NCBI GenBank assembly: GCA_025774545.1
Contig: JALGVU010000004.1
Coordinates: forward strand, 2,130-66,129
Direction: 5' to 3'
Source: a bacterium
Lineage (GTDB): Bacteria; Joyebacterota; Joyebacteria; Joyebacterales; Joyebacteraceae
DNA: 64,000 nt
Of this stretch, positions 49,379-58,484 are shown one piece after another; within the stretch, counting starts at the first letter, position 1; the number at the start of each line of letters is the position of its first letter. The notes beneath the pieces are model-generated. The model was not told the DNA's origin. It ran no database searches and saw only the letters and a list, made by a program, of their open reading frames with translations. The translations under genes were made by a program, and so were the position numbers.

Positions 49379-50683
49379 ATGAGAATCGACGGGCCAAGGG
49401 CCCTTCTTCACCTGGCCGCCTTCGCCGCCGTTCTAGCCTTCGGGACCACGGCCGCGGCGTACGACGGATTCATCGCCCCCCTGGACGAGATCCCGCTCAC
49501 GTCTTCCTCGCTCGTCGGGGCGCGCGCCATGGGCATGGGCGGAGTGGCCTTTGCGGTCGCAGACGACGCGTCCGCCATCTCCACGAACCCGGCCGCCCTG
49601 GCACGCCTGAGAAGGGTGGAGATATCGGGCGGGCTTTCGAGAACGAGCGACGAGATGACGGGCGAGGCCTTCGGGGAGGAGTTCGACTCCACGCTCTCCC
49701 GCACGAGGTTCTCGTCGTTCCGGTTTGCCTACCCCTTCCCGACCTTCCGCGGGAGCCTCGTCGTGGGACTCGCGACCGATCTGGCCTACGACTTCGACGA
49801 CGACTTCCTGGCGTTCTACGAGGACGACTTCACGGGCAGCGGGGGGCAGGCCATCCCGCAGGCCGAGAGCTTCATCGCCGAGGGCTCGATTCAGGCGTGG
49901 CGGCTGGGGGCGGCGATCGAGGCGTCGGAAAAAGTGTCGCTCGGCGCCACGGTCTCGTACTTCTCCGGCGACTACGAGCAGAACTTCGTCTGGGACGTGC
50001 GCGTCGACGACGGCGACCTGCCGGTCGGGTACGACGCATTCACGCAGTACCAGTTCCGAACGAGCTCAGACGTCAGGGACGCCTGGCGGGCGTCCCTGGG
50101 CGGGCTCTTCTACGCCGCCGACAACCTCGCCGTGGCGCTCGTGCTCGACTCCCCGGTCACACTCACGTTCGACGGGGTCATCTCGGAGGCGGCCAGGCTG
50201 CCCGGGGAGGATCTCGAGTCTGCCGAACCCCTGCTCTTCACCGACAAGATCACCCTCCCCTTCGGGTTCGGCGGAGGGCTCGCCTTCAATCCGACCGACC
50301 ACATCATGATCGGCGCGGACGTCTACTACACCGACTGGTCCGAGATCCGCTACGAGACGCCGGACGACATCATCGATCCTGTGACGCGCCGCCTGCCGTA
50401 CGAGGCGACGACCGAGTACCGCGTCGGCGTCGAGGTGACGCTGCCCGCGTGGCCGATCAGACTACGGGGCGGGTACGCGTCCAGGCCGGTCCCGTACCAG
50501 GTGTTGAACGTCGAGGAGGATCGCTCGTACTTCACGTTTGGCGCCGGCCTCCTCATCGACACGGTCTTCACCGTCGACGCGGCGGTCGTCCTGGGTGGCT
50601 ACGAGCGGGCGGGCGACGGGTACGACTACACCGAGACGGTCGACGACACGCGCTTTCTTCTGGAGGCGACGTACCGGTTCTGA
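49379..50683 (+). CDS. PorV/FadL-like outer-membrane beta-barrel protein (second copy)
   Basis: AGGAGGA RBS; signal peptide; GARAMGMGGVAFAVADDASAISTNPAAL motif; C-terminal YRF. Confidence 0.55.
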   Translation: MRIDGPRALLHLAAFAAVLAFGTTAAAYDGFIAPLDEIPLTSSSLVGARAMGMGGVAFAVADDASAISTNPAALARLRRVEISGGLSRTSDEMTGEAFGEEFDSTLSRTRFSSFRFAYPFPTFRGSLVVGLATDLAYDFDDDFLAFYEDDFTGSGGQAIPQAESFIAEGSIQAWRLGAAIEASEKVSLGATVSYFSGDYEQNFVWDVRVDDGDLPVGYDAFTQYQFRTSSDVRDAWRASLGGLFYAADNLAVALVLDSPVTLTFDGVISEAARLPGEDLESAEPLLFTDKITLPFGFGGGLAFNPTDHIMIGADVYYTDWSEIRYETPDDIIDPVTRRLPYEATTEYRVGVEVTLPAWPIRLRGGYASRPVPYQVLNVEEDRSYFTFGAGLLIDTVFTVDAAVVLGGYERAGDGYDYTETVDDTRFLLEATYRF

Positions 50684-50731
50684 TCGGCCCACCGCGCAGG
50701 CCAGCGCGTTCGTCCCCGCGGAGAAAAGAGA

Positions 50732-50770
50732 GAGGCTCGGCAGTCGGTCTGCCGAGCCTCGTCGTTTTCG
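50732..50770. terminator. bidirectional Rho-independent terminator (12-bp GC stem GAGGCTCGGCAG/CTGCCGAGCCTC, 5-nt loop, T-tracts on both sides)
   Basis: Perfect inverted repeat read directly, followed by GTCGTTTTCG on + and TCTCTTTTCTCC on the minus strand; lies between convergent genes. Confidence 0.55.
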
Positions 50771-50887
50771 TGGCGGATCGATTCCGTGCTGGCCCCTGGA
50801 ACCCGCGTCGTCTCGCGTCCCATCCCGCGCCCGCGATGCACGCGAGCGTGTCACACCCTCAGCGACGTCCAGCGGCGAGCGCGCCCC

Positions 50888-51289
50888 CTACTCGACAGGA
50901 ACGTGCTGCTTGACGTAGTCCTCGAGGGTGGCGCGAGTGGCCGGGTCCATGCCCGTGAAGAAGCACGCGATCCGGTAGCCGCCCGACTCCCCGCCGGCCG
51001 GCTGGCACCTCACCACGACGCCGTGCGTCTTCACCACTTCGTTCTTGGTCTGCCCCCTGCGGTTTCTCACGGGGAGCACCATCGCTATCTGGAGCTTCGT
51101 GAGGGGCGCGATGAAGTGCACGACGTGGCAGTAGACGCCCTCCGCGCCGACGTTGATGCTCTCGGTCGTGATCGACTCGGCTGGGAACGTCTCGTCGGCG
51201 CTCGACAGCTGCAGGGCGATCTGCGCGTCGACACGATGCGACTTCCGGCGGTCGCTCCCGGACCAGTCTTCCCTCTTCTTGTCGCTCAT
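50888..51289 (-). CDS. PilZ-domain c-di-GMP binding protein (putative)
   Basis: RRKSHR (RxxxR) motif near the N-terminus followed ~25 residues later by a degenerate D/NxSxxG-like ESINVGAEG segment; 133 aa. Confidence 0.45.
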   Translation of the reverse strand: MSDKKREDWSGSDRRKSHRVDAQIALQLSSADETFPAESITTESINVGAEGVYCHVVHFIAPLTKLQIAMVLPVRNRRGQTKNEVVKTHGVVVRCQPAGGESGGYRIACFFTGMDPATRATLEDYVKQHVPVE

Positions 51290-51346
51290 TCGTCCTCCGG
51301 AAGCTCCCCTGGGACGACCTGGAGCTTCAACCCGGCGCTCCGAACG

Positions 51347-51898
51347 CTACGGGGCAACGAGCCTCGTACCGGCTGACGTCAGGAACTCCGATCCTCCGAG
51401 GTGATGCAATGTGTGGAAAGGCCTCCTCAGCCGCAGGCGACCGTCGAACGCCTCTCTCTCGACGGCGGCCGACACGACCTCTCCGACAAAGAGCGTGTGA
51501 TCTCCCACCGACGGCGCCTTCACCACGCGGCACTCGATGTGCGCGAAGCACTCCGCGACCCGAGGCGCGTCGACGATCGCTGACGCAGAACGCGTGAGTC
51601 GGGCCCCCTGAAACTTGTCGCCGTTCCGTCCCGACCTCGTCCCACAGTACCAGACGGCGGAAAGGAGCCCGGAGGCGGGCACGTTGATCACGTACGCGCG
51701 CGACCTCGCGATCAGCTCGTGGGAGTAACGCCCGGGAGCAATCGCGATCGCCACCATCGGCGGGTCGATGCTCACGGGCGTCGTCCAGGCCAGGGTGATG
51801 AGATTGTCGCGCTCTCTGTGTCGGGAAGACACGAGCACGGTCGGCCCATGATTCAGGAGCCGCGCCGTTTGCGAAGGCTTGACCGTCCTCTTCGGCAT
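51347..51898 (-). CDS. flavin reductase-like FMN-binding domain protein
   Basis: Flavin_Reduct family pattern (LITLAWTTPVSIDPPMVAIAI ... HTLFVGEVV). Confidence 0.7.
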   Translation of the reverse strand: MPKRTVKPSQTARLLNHGPTVLVSSRHRERDNLITLAWTTPVSIDPPMVAIAIAPGRYSHELIARSRAYVINVPASGLLSAVWYCGTRSGRNGDKFQGARLTRSASAIVDAPRVAECFAHIECRVVKAPSVGDHTLFVGEVVSAAVEREAFDGRLRLRRPFHTLHHLGGSEFLTSAGTRLVAP

Positions 51899-51913
51899 CG
51901 AGCGACCTCTCCC

Positions 51914-52009
51914 CTAGCGTCCCTTCTTCTTGTGCCTGTCCTTCCTGCGGCGCTTCTTCAGCTTGTGCTTCGCCATCTTCCTGCGGCGCTTCTTCTTCAG
52001 GCTGGCCAT
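51914..52009 (-). CDS. 31-aa highly basic small protein, bS22 (mycobacterial ribosomal protein)-like. Not in the supplied ORF track
   Basis: Minus-strand ATG at 52009 preceded by GAGGGGG RBS; translates MASLKKKRRRKMAKHKLKKRRRKDRHKKKGR, closely resembling bS22 MGSxxKKRRKRMxKKKHRKLL. Confidence 0.45.
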   Translation of the reverse strand: MASLKKKRRRKMAKHKLKKRRRKDRHKKKGR

Positions 52010-52017
52010 GTTCCCCC

Positions 52018-52353
52018 TCAGGTTTGGCGCTCGGTGGTCTGCGGATCGACCGCGGTCTCTCGGCCTCCGCCATCGGACCAGTTGACGCGCTCCTTCAGAA
52101 ACTTGCTCGGCTTGAATACTGGGACCATCTTCTCAGGCACGACGACCTTCTGCGAACGGTCCCTCGGGTTGTACTTCATGCTGGCTTTGCGCCTCTTCAC
52201 CTTGAACGTCCCAAACTCCCGGATCTCGATGTGCTTGTGCCGCGCGAGCGAATCCTTGATCGCTTCGAGCAGGGCCTCGATCACCGCGGCGACGTCGCGC
52301 TTCGTCAACCCCGTCGTGGCGGCTACCCGGTCGACAAGATCGGCTTTCGTCAT
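52018..52353 (-). CDS. HU/IHF family DNA-binding protein (ORF extends to 52488)
   Basis: MTKADLVDRVAATTGLTKRDVAAVIEALLEAI ... FGTFKV ... NPRD arm motif; GGAGG RBS before ATG 52353. Confidence 0.8.
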   Translation of the reverse strand: MTKADLVDRVAATTGLTKRDVAAVIEALLEAIKDSLARHKHIEIREFGTFKVKRRKASMKYNPRDRSQKVVVPEKMVPVFKPSKFLKERVNWSDGGGRETAVDPQTTERQT

Positions 52354-52539
52354 GGCGCACAACCTCCGTGGTGGAGTCGACACCCGCCGTCGGGGTCGCC
52401 ACCTCCGCGCCGTCCCGCGGTCCATCCTGGTTCTGGTGCGGCGGGGTGGCGCAGGACAGGGGCACCTCGCCCATCCGGCGGCACACACAAATCACATCCT
52501 AGCAACCGGTCGGAGGTCTGTCAAATGCTTTCGTAGAGG

Positions 52540-53433
52540 TCACTTGCCGGGCCTGTAGAGGTACTGCGCCCCCAGGTTCGACGCAGGACGCTCGAGGGCT
52601 CGGCTCGCTGCGCCCGCCAGCATGTCCCAGAGCGTCAACTGCCTACGCCTGACCGGCTCCTGCACCCGGGGGGCTCCCTCGATCCCCCCCATTCTCCCCG
52701 CCACGGCGATCGCGTCCTCGAGCGTGCCGAGGCCGTCGACCAGCCCGGCCGCGAGCGCCTGGCGCCCCGACATGATGCGTCCGTCGGCGACGGCTCGGAC
52801 TTCGTCGATCGACATGTCGCGCTCGAGCGCGACCGTCTCGACGAACTGATCGTGGATGTCGTCGATCGTCGTCTGGAGGAGCTCACGCTCCTTCTCGGTG
52901 AGGGTCCTGCTCCAGGTCCCGGTGTCCTTGAACTCGCCGCTCTTGATCGTCTCGAAGCTCAGGCCGATCTTCTCGAAGAGCTCCTCCATGATCGTGAACG
53001 ACATGATCACACCGATGCTCCCGGTGAGCGTCCCCGGGTTTGCGAGCACGCTGTCTGCCGGGCAGGCCACGTAGTATGCTCCGGAAGCGGCCACGGATCC
53101 CATGGAGGCTACGACGGGCAGTCCCCCGTCCCGTATCTCGACGAGCTTCTCGTACATCTCCTGTGACGCGGCAACGCCTCCTCCCGGGCTGTCGAGCCGG
53201 AGCACGATCGCGCGGATTCCGGGATCGTCCGCCATGGTATCGAGATCGTCGACGACGACCCTGGCGTCAGCGATCAGCCCCTCGATCCTCACGAGCCCGA
53301 CCCGCGCCCCGTACGACGGCAACGAGATCCTCTGGCCGAGGAGCGATTCGATGGTGATGAGCGTGATGAGGAAGATGACGAGAATCGCGACGATCCCCGC
53401 AAGCCAGCCCCAGATGCATCCCTTCCGTGTCAT
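52540..53433 (-). CDS. sppA: signal peptide peptidase SppA (S49 family, 36K type)
   Basis: N-terminal TM, S49 catalytic Ser region (GSVAASGAYY) and Lys dyad context. Confidence 0.8.
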   Translation of the reverse strand: MTRKGCIWGWLAGIVAILVIFLITLITIESLLGQRISLPSYGARVGLVRIEGLIADARVVVDDLDTMADDPGIRAIVLRLDSPGGGVAASQEMYEKLVEIRDGGLPVVASMGSVAASGAYYVACPADSVLANPGTLTGSIGVIMSFTIMEELFEKIGLSFETIKSGEFKDTGTWSRTLTEKERELLQTTIDDIHDQFVETVALERDMSIDEVRAVADGRIMSGRQALAAGLVDGLGTLEDAIAVAGRMGGIEGAPRVQEPVRRRQLTLWDMLAGAASRALERPASNLGAQYLYRPGK

Positions 53434-53472
53434 GTGGTAGACCTCGTTCCGGATTGAGGGGGTCGGGGGCGG

Positions 53473-54348
53473 CTACCCCTTTCCCAGTGCCTTCTGAACC
53501 TCTCTGATCACCGCCTGCACGATCGCTTCGTCCGGCGACCCTTGACCGCTGGTCCGCGGTGGAGCCGCCGGCCCGGCTCCCGCCGTCGATGGGGTCTCCT
53601 GGTCGGCCGTCGTCCGAGCGGGCGGCGACGTTCGAGCCTGGCTCTCCTTCTCCTCGCTGTCTGAGGTGTCGCAGGCTCCGCAGGAGAAACAGCTTGCAGC
53701 TCCGTCGGCGAGACCGAGCTTCTCACGCACGTCGAGGAGCTTCCTGACCTCATCCCGCGTCAGAGGAGACGCGCCGCCGAGTATCCTGGCCGAGAGAGTG
53801 ATCTCGGCGAAGTGCTCCACGGTCTCGAGGCGGAAGTACGCCCGGTCGATGTCCGCACCGAGCGTCAGGACGCCGTGGTTCCGGAGCAGCAGCGCGTTGT
53901 AGTTCCCGATGAAGGCGTCGATCGACTCGGGGACCTCGGGCGTCGAGGGCGTCGCGTAGTCCGTGAGCGGCACCTGCCCGAGCGTCAGGATCACCTCGGG
54001 GAGCACGCACTGGGCGAGCGGTACTCCGGCCACGGCGAAGCCGGTGGCGCGCGGCGGGTGCGCGTGGACGATCGCGTCGACGTCTCGCCGTCGCTCGTAG
54101 ACGAAGAGGTGCATCGGGAGCTCCGAGGACGGCGCGCGCGCGCCCGAGATCTGCCGGCCCCGGGCGTTCACGATCGCGAGCTCCTCCAGACGAAGGAAGC
54201 CCTTCGAGACACCGGTCGGCGTCACCAGAATCCTGTCGTCGGACAATCTGACGCTCAGGTTGCCGTCGTTGGCGGCGACGTAACCCCGCTGCCAGATGCG
54301 GCGGCCGATCTCGACGATCTGGCGCCTGGCCTCGAACTCGGACGGCAC
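53473..54348 (-). CDS. class II aldolase/adducin family protein (fuculose-/rhamnulose-1-phosphate aldolase-like) with C-terminal linker + amphipathic helix (putative BMC encapsulation peptide)
   Basis: Class II aldolase Zn-binding His pattern (HAHP ... H); C-terminal Ser/Thr/Pro/Ala-rich linker followed by terminal helix DEAIVQAVIREVQKAL. Confidence 0.8.
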   Translation of the reverse strand: MPSEFEARRQIVEIGRRIWQRGYVAANDGNLSVRLSDDRILVTPTGVSKGFLRLEELAIVNARGRQISGARAPSSELPMHLFVYERRRDVDAIVHAHPPRATGFAVAGVPLAQCVLPEVILTLGQVPLTDYATPSTPEVPESIDAFIGNYNALLLRNHGVLTLGADIDRAYFRLETVEHFAEITLSARILGGASPLTRDEVRKLLDVREKLGLADGAASCFSCGACDTSDSEEKESQARTSPPARTTADQETPSTAGAGPAAPPRTSGQGSPDEAIVQAVIREVQKALGKG

Positions 54349-54445
54349 GGGATCGCTCCTCAGGGGTCGCCGGCGGCACGCGGCCGGCGGCGGTGACGTT
54401 TCCTGTCGGCTGGGCCGGCCGAGCGCCGGCCCCCCGGCGGCGGGA

Positions 54446-54718
54446 CTACTCCTCGACGTCGATGCTGTCGATGACGCCGACGATGACGGTGCGAATGGGC
54501 GGGTTGTCGAGTCCGGTCACGAGGGCGGCCGAGCCTCCCTCGTCGACCACGAGCACGGTGTCTCCCCTTCCCGCCTGGACCGAGTCGACGGCGAGGATCG
54601 TCTCGTCGAGACTCGTGCCGTCGGGATCGAGCCTCTCGACGATGAGGAGTTTCCGGCCGTTCATCGCGTCGTGATGAACCGTCGAGACGACCTCGCCGAT
54701 GACCCGTCCGATGAACAC
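54446..54718 (-). CDS. BMC vertex protein, EutN/CcmL/PduN family (BMC-P #3), GTG start
   Basis: VFIGRVIGEVVSTVHHDAMNGRKLLIVERL matches Pfam03319 N-terminus; AAGGAG RBS; the ORF-track ORF 54446..55078 is over-extended. Confidence 0.8.
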   Translation of the reverse strand: MFIGRVIGEVVSTVHHDAMNGRKLLIVERLDPDGTSLDETILAVDSVQAGRGDTVLVVDEGGSAALVTGLDNPPIRTVIVGVIDSIDVEE

Positions 54719-54723
54719 GCCGC

Positions 54724-55014
54724 TCACTCCTTGGGGAAGATCGATTCGCCTCCGACGGTCACGTGATCGACGATGCCGACGATCGCCGCGTCCGCGGGAT
54801 TGAACGTGGGACTCAGGGCCTTCGCGGCCTCGCGCGACTTGACGAAGTAGACGAGCTGGCCGGGCGCGGCGCTCACGGTGTCGACCGCGACGAGAGGCGT
54901 CCCCCGCTCCTCGAGGAGGTGCGTGAGGGGCTGGACGACCAACATGCGTTTCCCCGTCAGCGAATCCACCTTCGCGGTCGCCCACACGGTTCCGATCACC
55001 CTCGCCAGGTGCAA
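54724..55014 (-). CDS. BMC vertex protein, EutN/CcmL/PduN family (BMC-P #2)
   Basis: MHLARVIGTVWATAKVDSLTGKRMLVVQPL N-terminus. Confidence 0.8.
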   Translation of the reverse strand: MHLARVIGTVWATAKVDSLTGKRMLVVQPLTHLLEERGTPLVAVDTVSAAPGQLVYFVKSREAAKALSPTFNPADAAIVGIVDHVTVGGESIFPKE

Positions 55015-55028
55015 GGCTGCCTCCGCGC

Positions 55029-55577
55029 CTAGAAGACCTTCGGCCCGAGATCCTCGTGCGGTCTCGGGATGACGACACTCCGGACGAGGTTGCCCCCGCG
55101 CTTCGCGACCGCGAGAGCGGCCTCGGTGGCCGCCTCGACGTCGTAGATCTCGCCGGTCATCGTGAAGAACGCCTTTCCCCCGAGTCCCTTCGCGAGGCGG
55201 ATCTCGATGAGCTTGACCGGCGCGGCCTTCGCGGCCGCGTCGGCCGCGAGGATGCTCGATGCCACCGTGAACGTCTCAACGACGCCGAGCGCGCCGAGGG
55301 CGGACACCTCCGTCGCGCCCAGGATCGCCGGGAAGACGTCAGGGTGGACGTGCGGGATGAAGAGGGTGTCGGCGACGACGTCGCCGCCGACGGCGGCGCC
55401 CCTCTCGAGCGACGCCTCGACCGACGACACGTCACCCGCGACGAGCACCATGAACTTGCCGGGGCAGATCGCGGTTGCCTCCAGGATCTCGACGTCGGCC
55501 GTCTTGGCCATCTCGTCGGTGACCGCGATCCCGATCGCGATGCTGATCGTCTCGACGAGTCCGATGGCTTCCTTCAC
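55029..55577 (-). CDS. tandem-domain BMC shell protein (BMC-T, PduT-like)
   Basis: Two PF00936-like domains (GLVET...VTDEMAKTADVEIL and GVVETFTVASSILAADAAAKAAPVKLIEI); 182 aa. Confidence 0.75.
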   Translation of the reverse strand: MKEAIGLVETISIAIGIAVTDEMAKTADVEILEATAICPGKFMVLVAGDVSSVEASLERGAAVGGDVVADTLFIPHVHPDVFPAILGATEVSALGALGVVETFTVASSILAADAAAKAAPVKLIEIRLAKGLGGKAFFTMTGEIYDVEAATEAALAVAKRGGNLVRSVVIPRPHEDLGPKVF

Positions 55578-55646
55578 GAAGCACTGCCTCCCTCAGGCGC
55601 GATCCCCGTTGGGTCGCGCTCTTCCGCTCCACCGCGCCGTCCCGGC

Positions 55647-56975
55647 TCACGCGGCGATGACGATCTCCTCCGCGGTGATCGATTCGATCGTACCCGCGAT
55701 GCTCGCGTGCACGCGGGCGCCGAGCTTGCCATCGGGGATCTCGCCAACGACGTCCCCTTCGAGCACGCGGTCTCCCTCGGCGACCACCGGCCGCGCGGCG
55801 GCGCCGATGTGCTGGGTCGTTCTGAGGAAGACGCGCGCGGGCTCGAGCCGGCGTTCGTCGAGAGGAGCCGGCCCATCGTACTCCGAGAGCCCCAGTCGCT
55901 GCACGAGCCTCGCTGACGGTATCTGCCGGTACTCGCGCACGTCGTCGGGCTTGAGGTCGGCCCGGCGGTGCGGATTCACCACGCCTCGGCGCGTGAGTTC
56001 GGCCTTGAGGTCCGCGAGGATCCGCCGCGGGCGAATCCCGAGGGGGCACGCGAAGAGCTCGCACATGCCGCACTCGCAGCAGAGGAACGCCGACGTGACG
56101 TGCTCGTGATCCTCGGGCAACGTGTCGTACTGCACGGCCCGCACCGTGCGGTGCGGCTTCAGGTCGTGTCCCAGGAGCGCGCGCGGACAGAGCTCCGTGC
56201 AGGCGAGGCACTGACAGCAGGCCGCCCGCGCGATCCGGAGCATCTGCGCCCGCGACTCGGTCCGCGCGGTCACCATGGTGTGATCCGGCGGAAGCACGAT
56301 GAGCCCGCCGACCGTCTTCGTCAGCGGCACCGCGTGGCTCGACGCGATCGTCCCCATCATCGGACCGCCGACGATCACGGCCGCGTCGTCGACCGTCACG
56401 CCGCCCGCGCGGTCGATGATCTCGCCGATCGGCGTTCCGATCGGCACGGTCAGGGTCGCCGCGGCTGCGACCTCTCCCTGGACGGTCACCATCCTCGAGG
56501 TCACGGGCCGTCCCTCGACCGCGTCTGCGATCTGCGCGAGGGTCGTGACGTTGTTCACGACCACGCCCACGTCGAGCGGGATCCCGCCCTCGGGGACGAC
56601 GCGCCCCGTGACGTCGAAGACCAGCAGGAACTCATCGCCCGCGGGATAGACGTTCTCGAGGAGCTTGAGCTCGATCGCGGAATCGGCCGGCAGAACGCGC
56701 TCGATCGCCTCGCCCGCCCGCCTGTTCTTCCTCTTGACGGCGAGGACCACACGGCTCGCTCCGACCGATTCGGCGAGAAGCTCGAGACCGCGTACGACCC
56801 GATCGGGCCGCGAGACGAGAAGCTCGGTGTCCGACCGGATCAGCGGCTCGCACTCGGCGCCGTTCGCGAGGAGCACGTCCACGTCGGCCCTCGCCTTGAC
56901 GTGCGTCGGGAACCCGCCCCCGCCCGCACCGACGACGCCCGCCTTCTCGATCGCTGTGGCCACCTGATTGTCCAC
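55647..56975 (-). CDS. PduS/RnfC-like NADH-binding flavoprotein with two [4Fe-4S] ferredoxin motifs
   Basis: N-terminal GVVGAGGGGFPTHVKA (RnfC/PduS nucleotide-binding), CCQCLACTELCP and CCECGMCELFACP cluster motifs; C-terminal barrel-like GDRVLEGDVVGEIPDGKLGARVHASIAGTIESI segment. Confidence 0.7.
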   Translation of the reverse strand: MDNQVATAIEKAGVVGAGGGGFPTHVKARADVDVLLANGAECEPLIRSDTELLVSRPDRVVRGLELLAESVGASRVVLAVKRKNRRAGEAIERVLPADSAIELKLLENVYPAGDEFLLVFDVTGRVVPEGGIPLDVGVVVNNVTTLAQIADAVEGRPVTSRMVTVQGEVAAAATLTVPIGTPIGEIIDRAGGVTVDDAAVIVGGPMMGTIASSHAVPLTKTVGGLIVLPPDHTMVTARTESRAQMLRIARAACCQCLACTELCPRALLGHDLKPHRTVRAVQYDTLPEDHEHVTSAFLCCECGMCELFACPLGIRPRRILADLKAELTRRGVVNPHRRADLKPDDVREYRQIPSARLVQRLGLSEYDGPAPLDERRLEPARVFLRTTQHIGAAARPVVAEGDRVLEGDVVGEIPDGKLGARVHASIAGTIESITAEEIVIAA

Positions 56976-57050
56976 GGTTCGTTGCGTCTCCAGGCGCTTC
57001 TGCCGCGTGCCCGCGCGTCCTCGGGGAGCTCGGTCCTCGGGGACGGCGCG

Positions 57051-58484
57051 CTACACGATGCGGAAGTGGTCGACGAGCGTACACCGCCGCTCGCGCGTGA
57101 AGGTGCGCGCGGACGTGAGTCCCTCGCCGGTCGGGCTCGCGATGGTGAACGACGTGAAGCCCTCGCCGCCAAAGCTGAGCCCGGCGAACGACGGCCCGTT
57201 CTTCACGAAGATCGAGACGTCCATGACGCGGGCCATCCGAGAGAGAACATCGATGTTCTTGGAATGGGCCACCGCAGTATGTCCGTAGCCCCGCTCCACC
57301 TCGCGCGCGAAGTCGATCGCCTCGGCGGCCGTCTCGACGGTCACGAGGGGGATGATCGGCATCATCTGCTCCGTCCACACGAGCGGATGGGAGCGATCGG
57401 CGTCGAAGAACGCGATCCTCGCGTCGGAGCGGCACGGGAGGCCCGCCGCATCGAGGATGACGGACACGTTCTTCCCGACGAAGTCCCGCGCGACGGGCGA
57501 GCTCCTCCCCGGTCCCAGGTTCTCCGTCAGGACGAGATCGGTGACACGGTCGACCACGGGCCCCCTGAGCTCGACCGCCCCGGCCTGTCTGAGGGCGTCC
57601 TTCAGGGCGTCCGCGATGGCGCGAACCGCGACGATCTCCTTCTCCGCGATGCACACGATGTTGTTGTCGAGGCTCGCGCCGGCGATGATGTCGCGGGCGG
57701 CCTTCGGCAGATCGGCCGTCTCGTCGACCACGACGGGGGGGTTCCCGGGACCCGCGGCGATCACCTTCTTGCCCGACTGCATGGCGGCCTTGACGACGCC
57801 GGGGCCGCCGGTCACCACGAGAAGCCGGATTCCGGGATGGGACATGACGGCCTGCGCGGTCTCGATCGAGGGCTCGTTCACGGTGTGGAGAAGCGCCCTC
57901 GGTCCCCCGGCCTCCGAGATGGCGCGGTTCAGAATGTCGATCGTCGTCAGAGAGACGACGCGAGCCGACGGATGGGGATTGAAGACGACGGCGTTGCCGC
58001 CGGCGACCATCCCGATGGCGTTGCAGATGATCGTCTCGGACGGGTTCGTCGAGGGGGTGACGGAGCCGATCACGCCGTAGGGCGCATGTTCGACGAGGGT
58101 CAGGCCGTGGTCGCCCGAGTAGGCCGTGGGCGCGAGGTCCTCGAGGCCGGGCGTCTTCGTGATCGCGAGGGTGTTCTTGCGGATCTTGTCCTCGTAGCGC
58201 CCGAGTCCGGTCTCGTCGACGGCGAGCCTCGACAGCCGCTCGACGTTCTCGAGGGCGGCCCGGCGCATCGCATCGATCATGGCGCGGCGTCGCTCGAGCG
58301 GGACGTCGCGGTATTCGAGGAAGCTCGTGCGGGCGGCGGCCGCGGCCGCGTCGACGCTCCCGAGGATACCGCGTCCGTCGAACGGAGGCGGCGCCTGCGG
58401 CGTCTCGAGCGCCTGTCCGCGCGCCGTCAGCTCGTCGAGCACCTTGCCGACGATCGTCTCGATTGAGGGGGCGTCTCTCTCCAC
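57051..58484 (-). CDS. CoA-acylating aldehyde dehydrogenase (EutE/PduP family) with N-terminal amphipathic helix (putative encapsulation peptide)
   Basis: ALDH fold with catalytic Cys (NNIVCIAEKE) and EutE/PduP-like spacing; N-terminal SIETIVGKVLDELTARG helix + Pro-rich linker. Confidence 0.85.
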   Translation of the reverse strand: MERDAPSIETIVGKVLDELTARGQALETPQAPPPFDGRGILGSVDAAAAAARTSFLEYRDVPLERRRAMIDAMRRAALENVERLSRLAVDETGLGRYEDKIRKNTLAITKTPGLEDLAPTAYSGDHGLTLVEHAPYGVIGSVTPSTNPSETIICNAIGMVAGGNAVVFNPHPSARVVSLTTIDILNRAISEAGGPRALLHTVNEPSIETAQAVMSHPGIRLLVVTGGPGVVKAAMQSGKKVIAAGPGNPPVVVDETADLPKAARDIIAGASLDNNIVCIAEKEIVAVRAIADALKDALRQAGAVELRGPVVDRVTDLVLTENLGPGRSSPVARDFVGKNVSVILDAAGLPCRSDARIAFFDADRSHPLVWTEQMMPIIPLVTVETAAEAIDFAREVERGYGHTAVAHSKNIDVLSRMARVMDVSIFVKNGPSFAGLSFGGEGFTSFTIASPTGEGLTSARTFTRERRCTLVDHFRIV

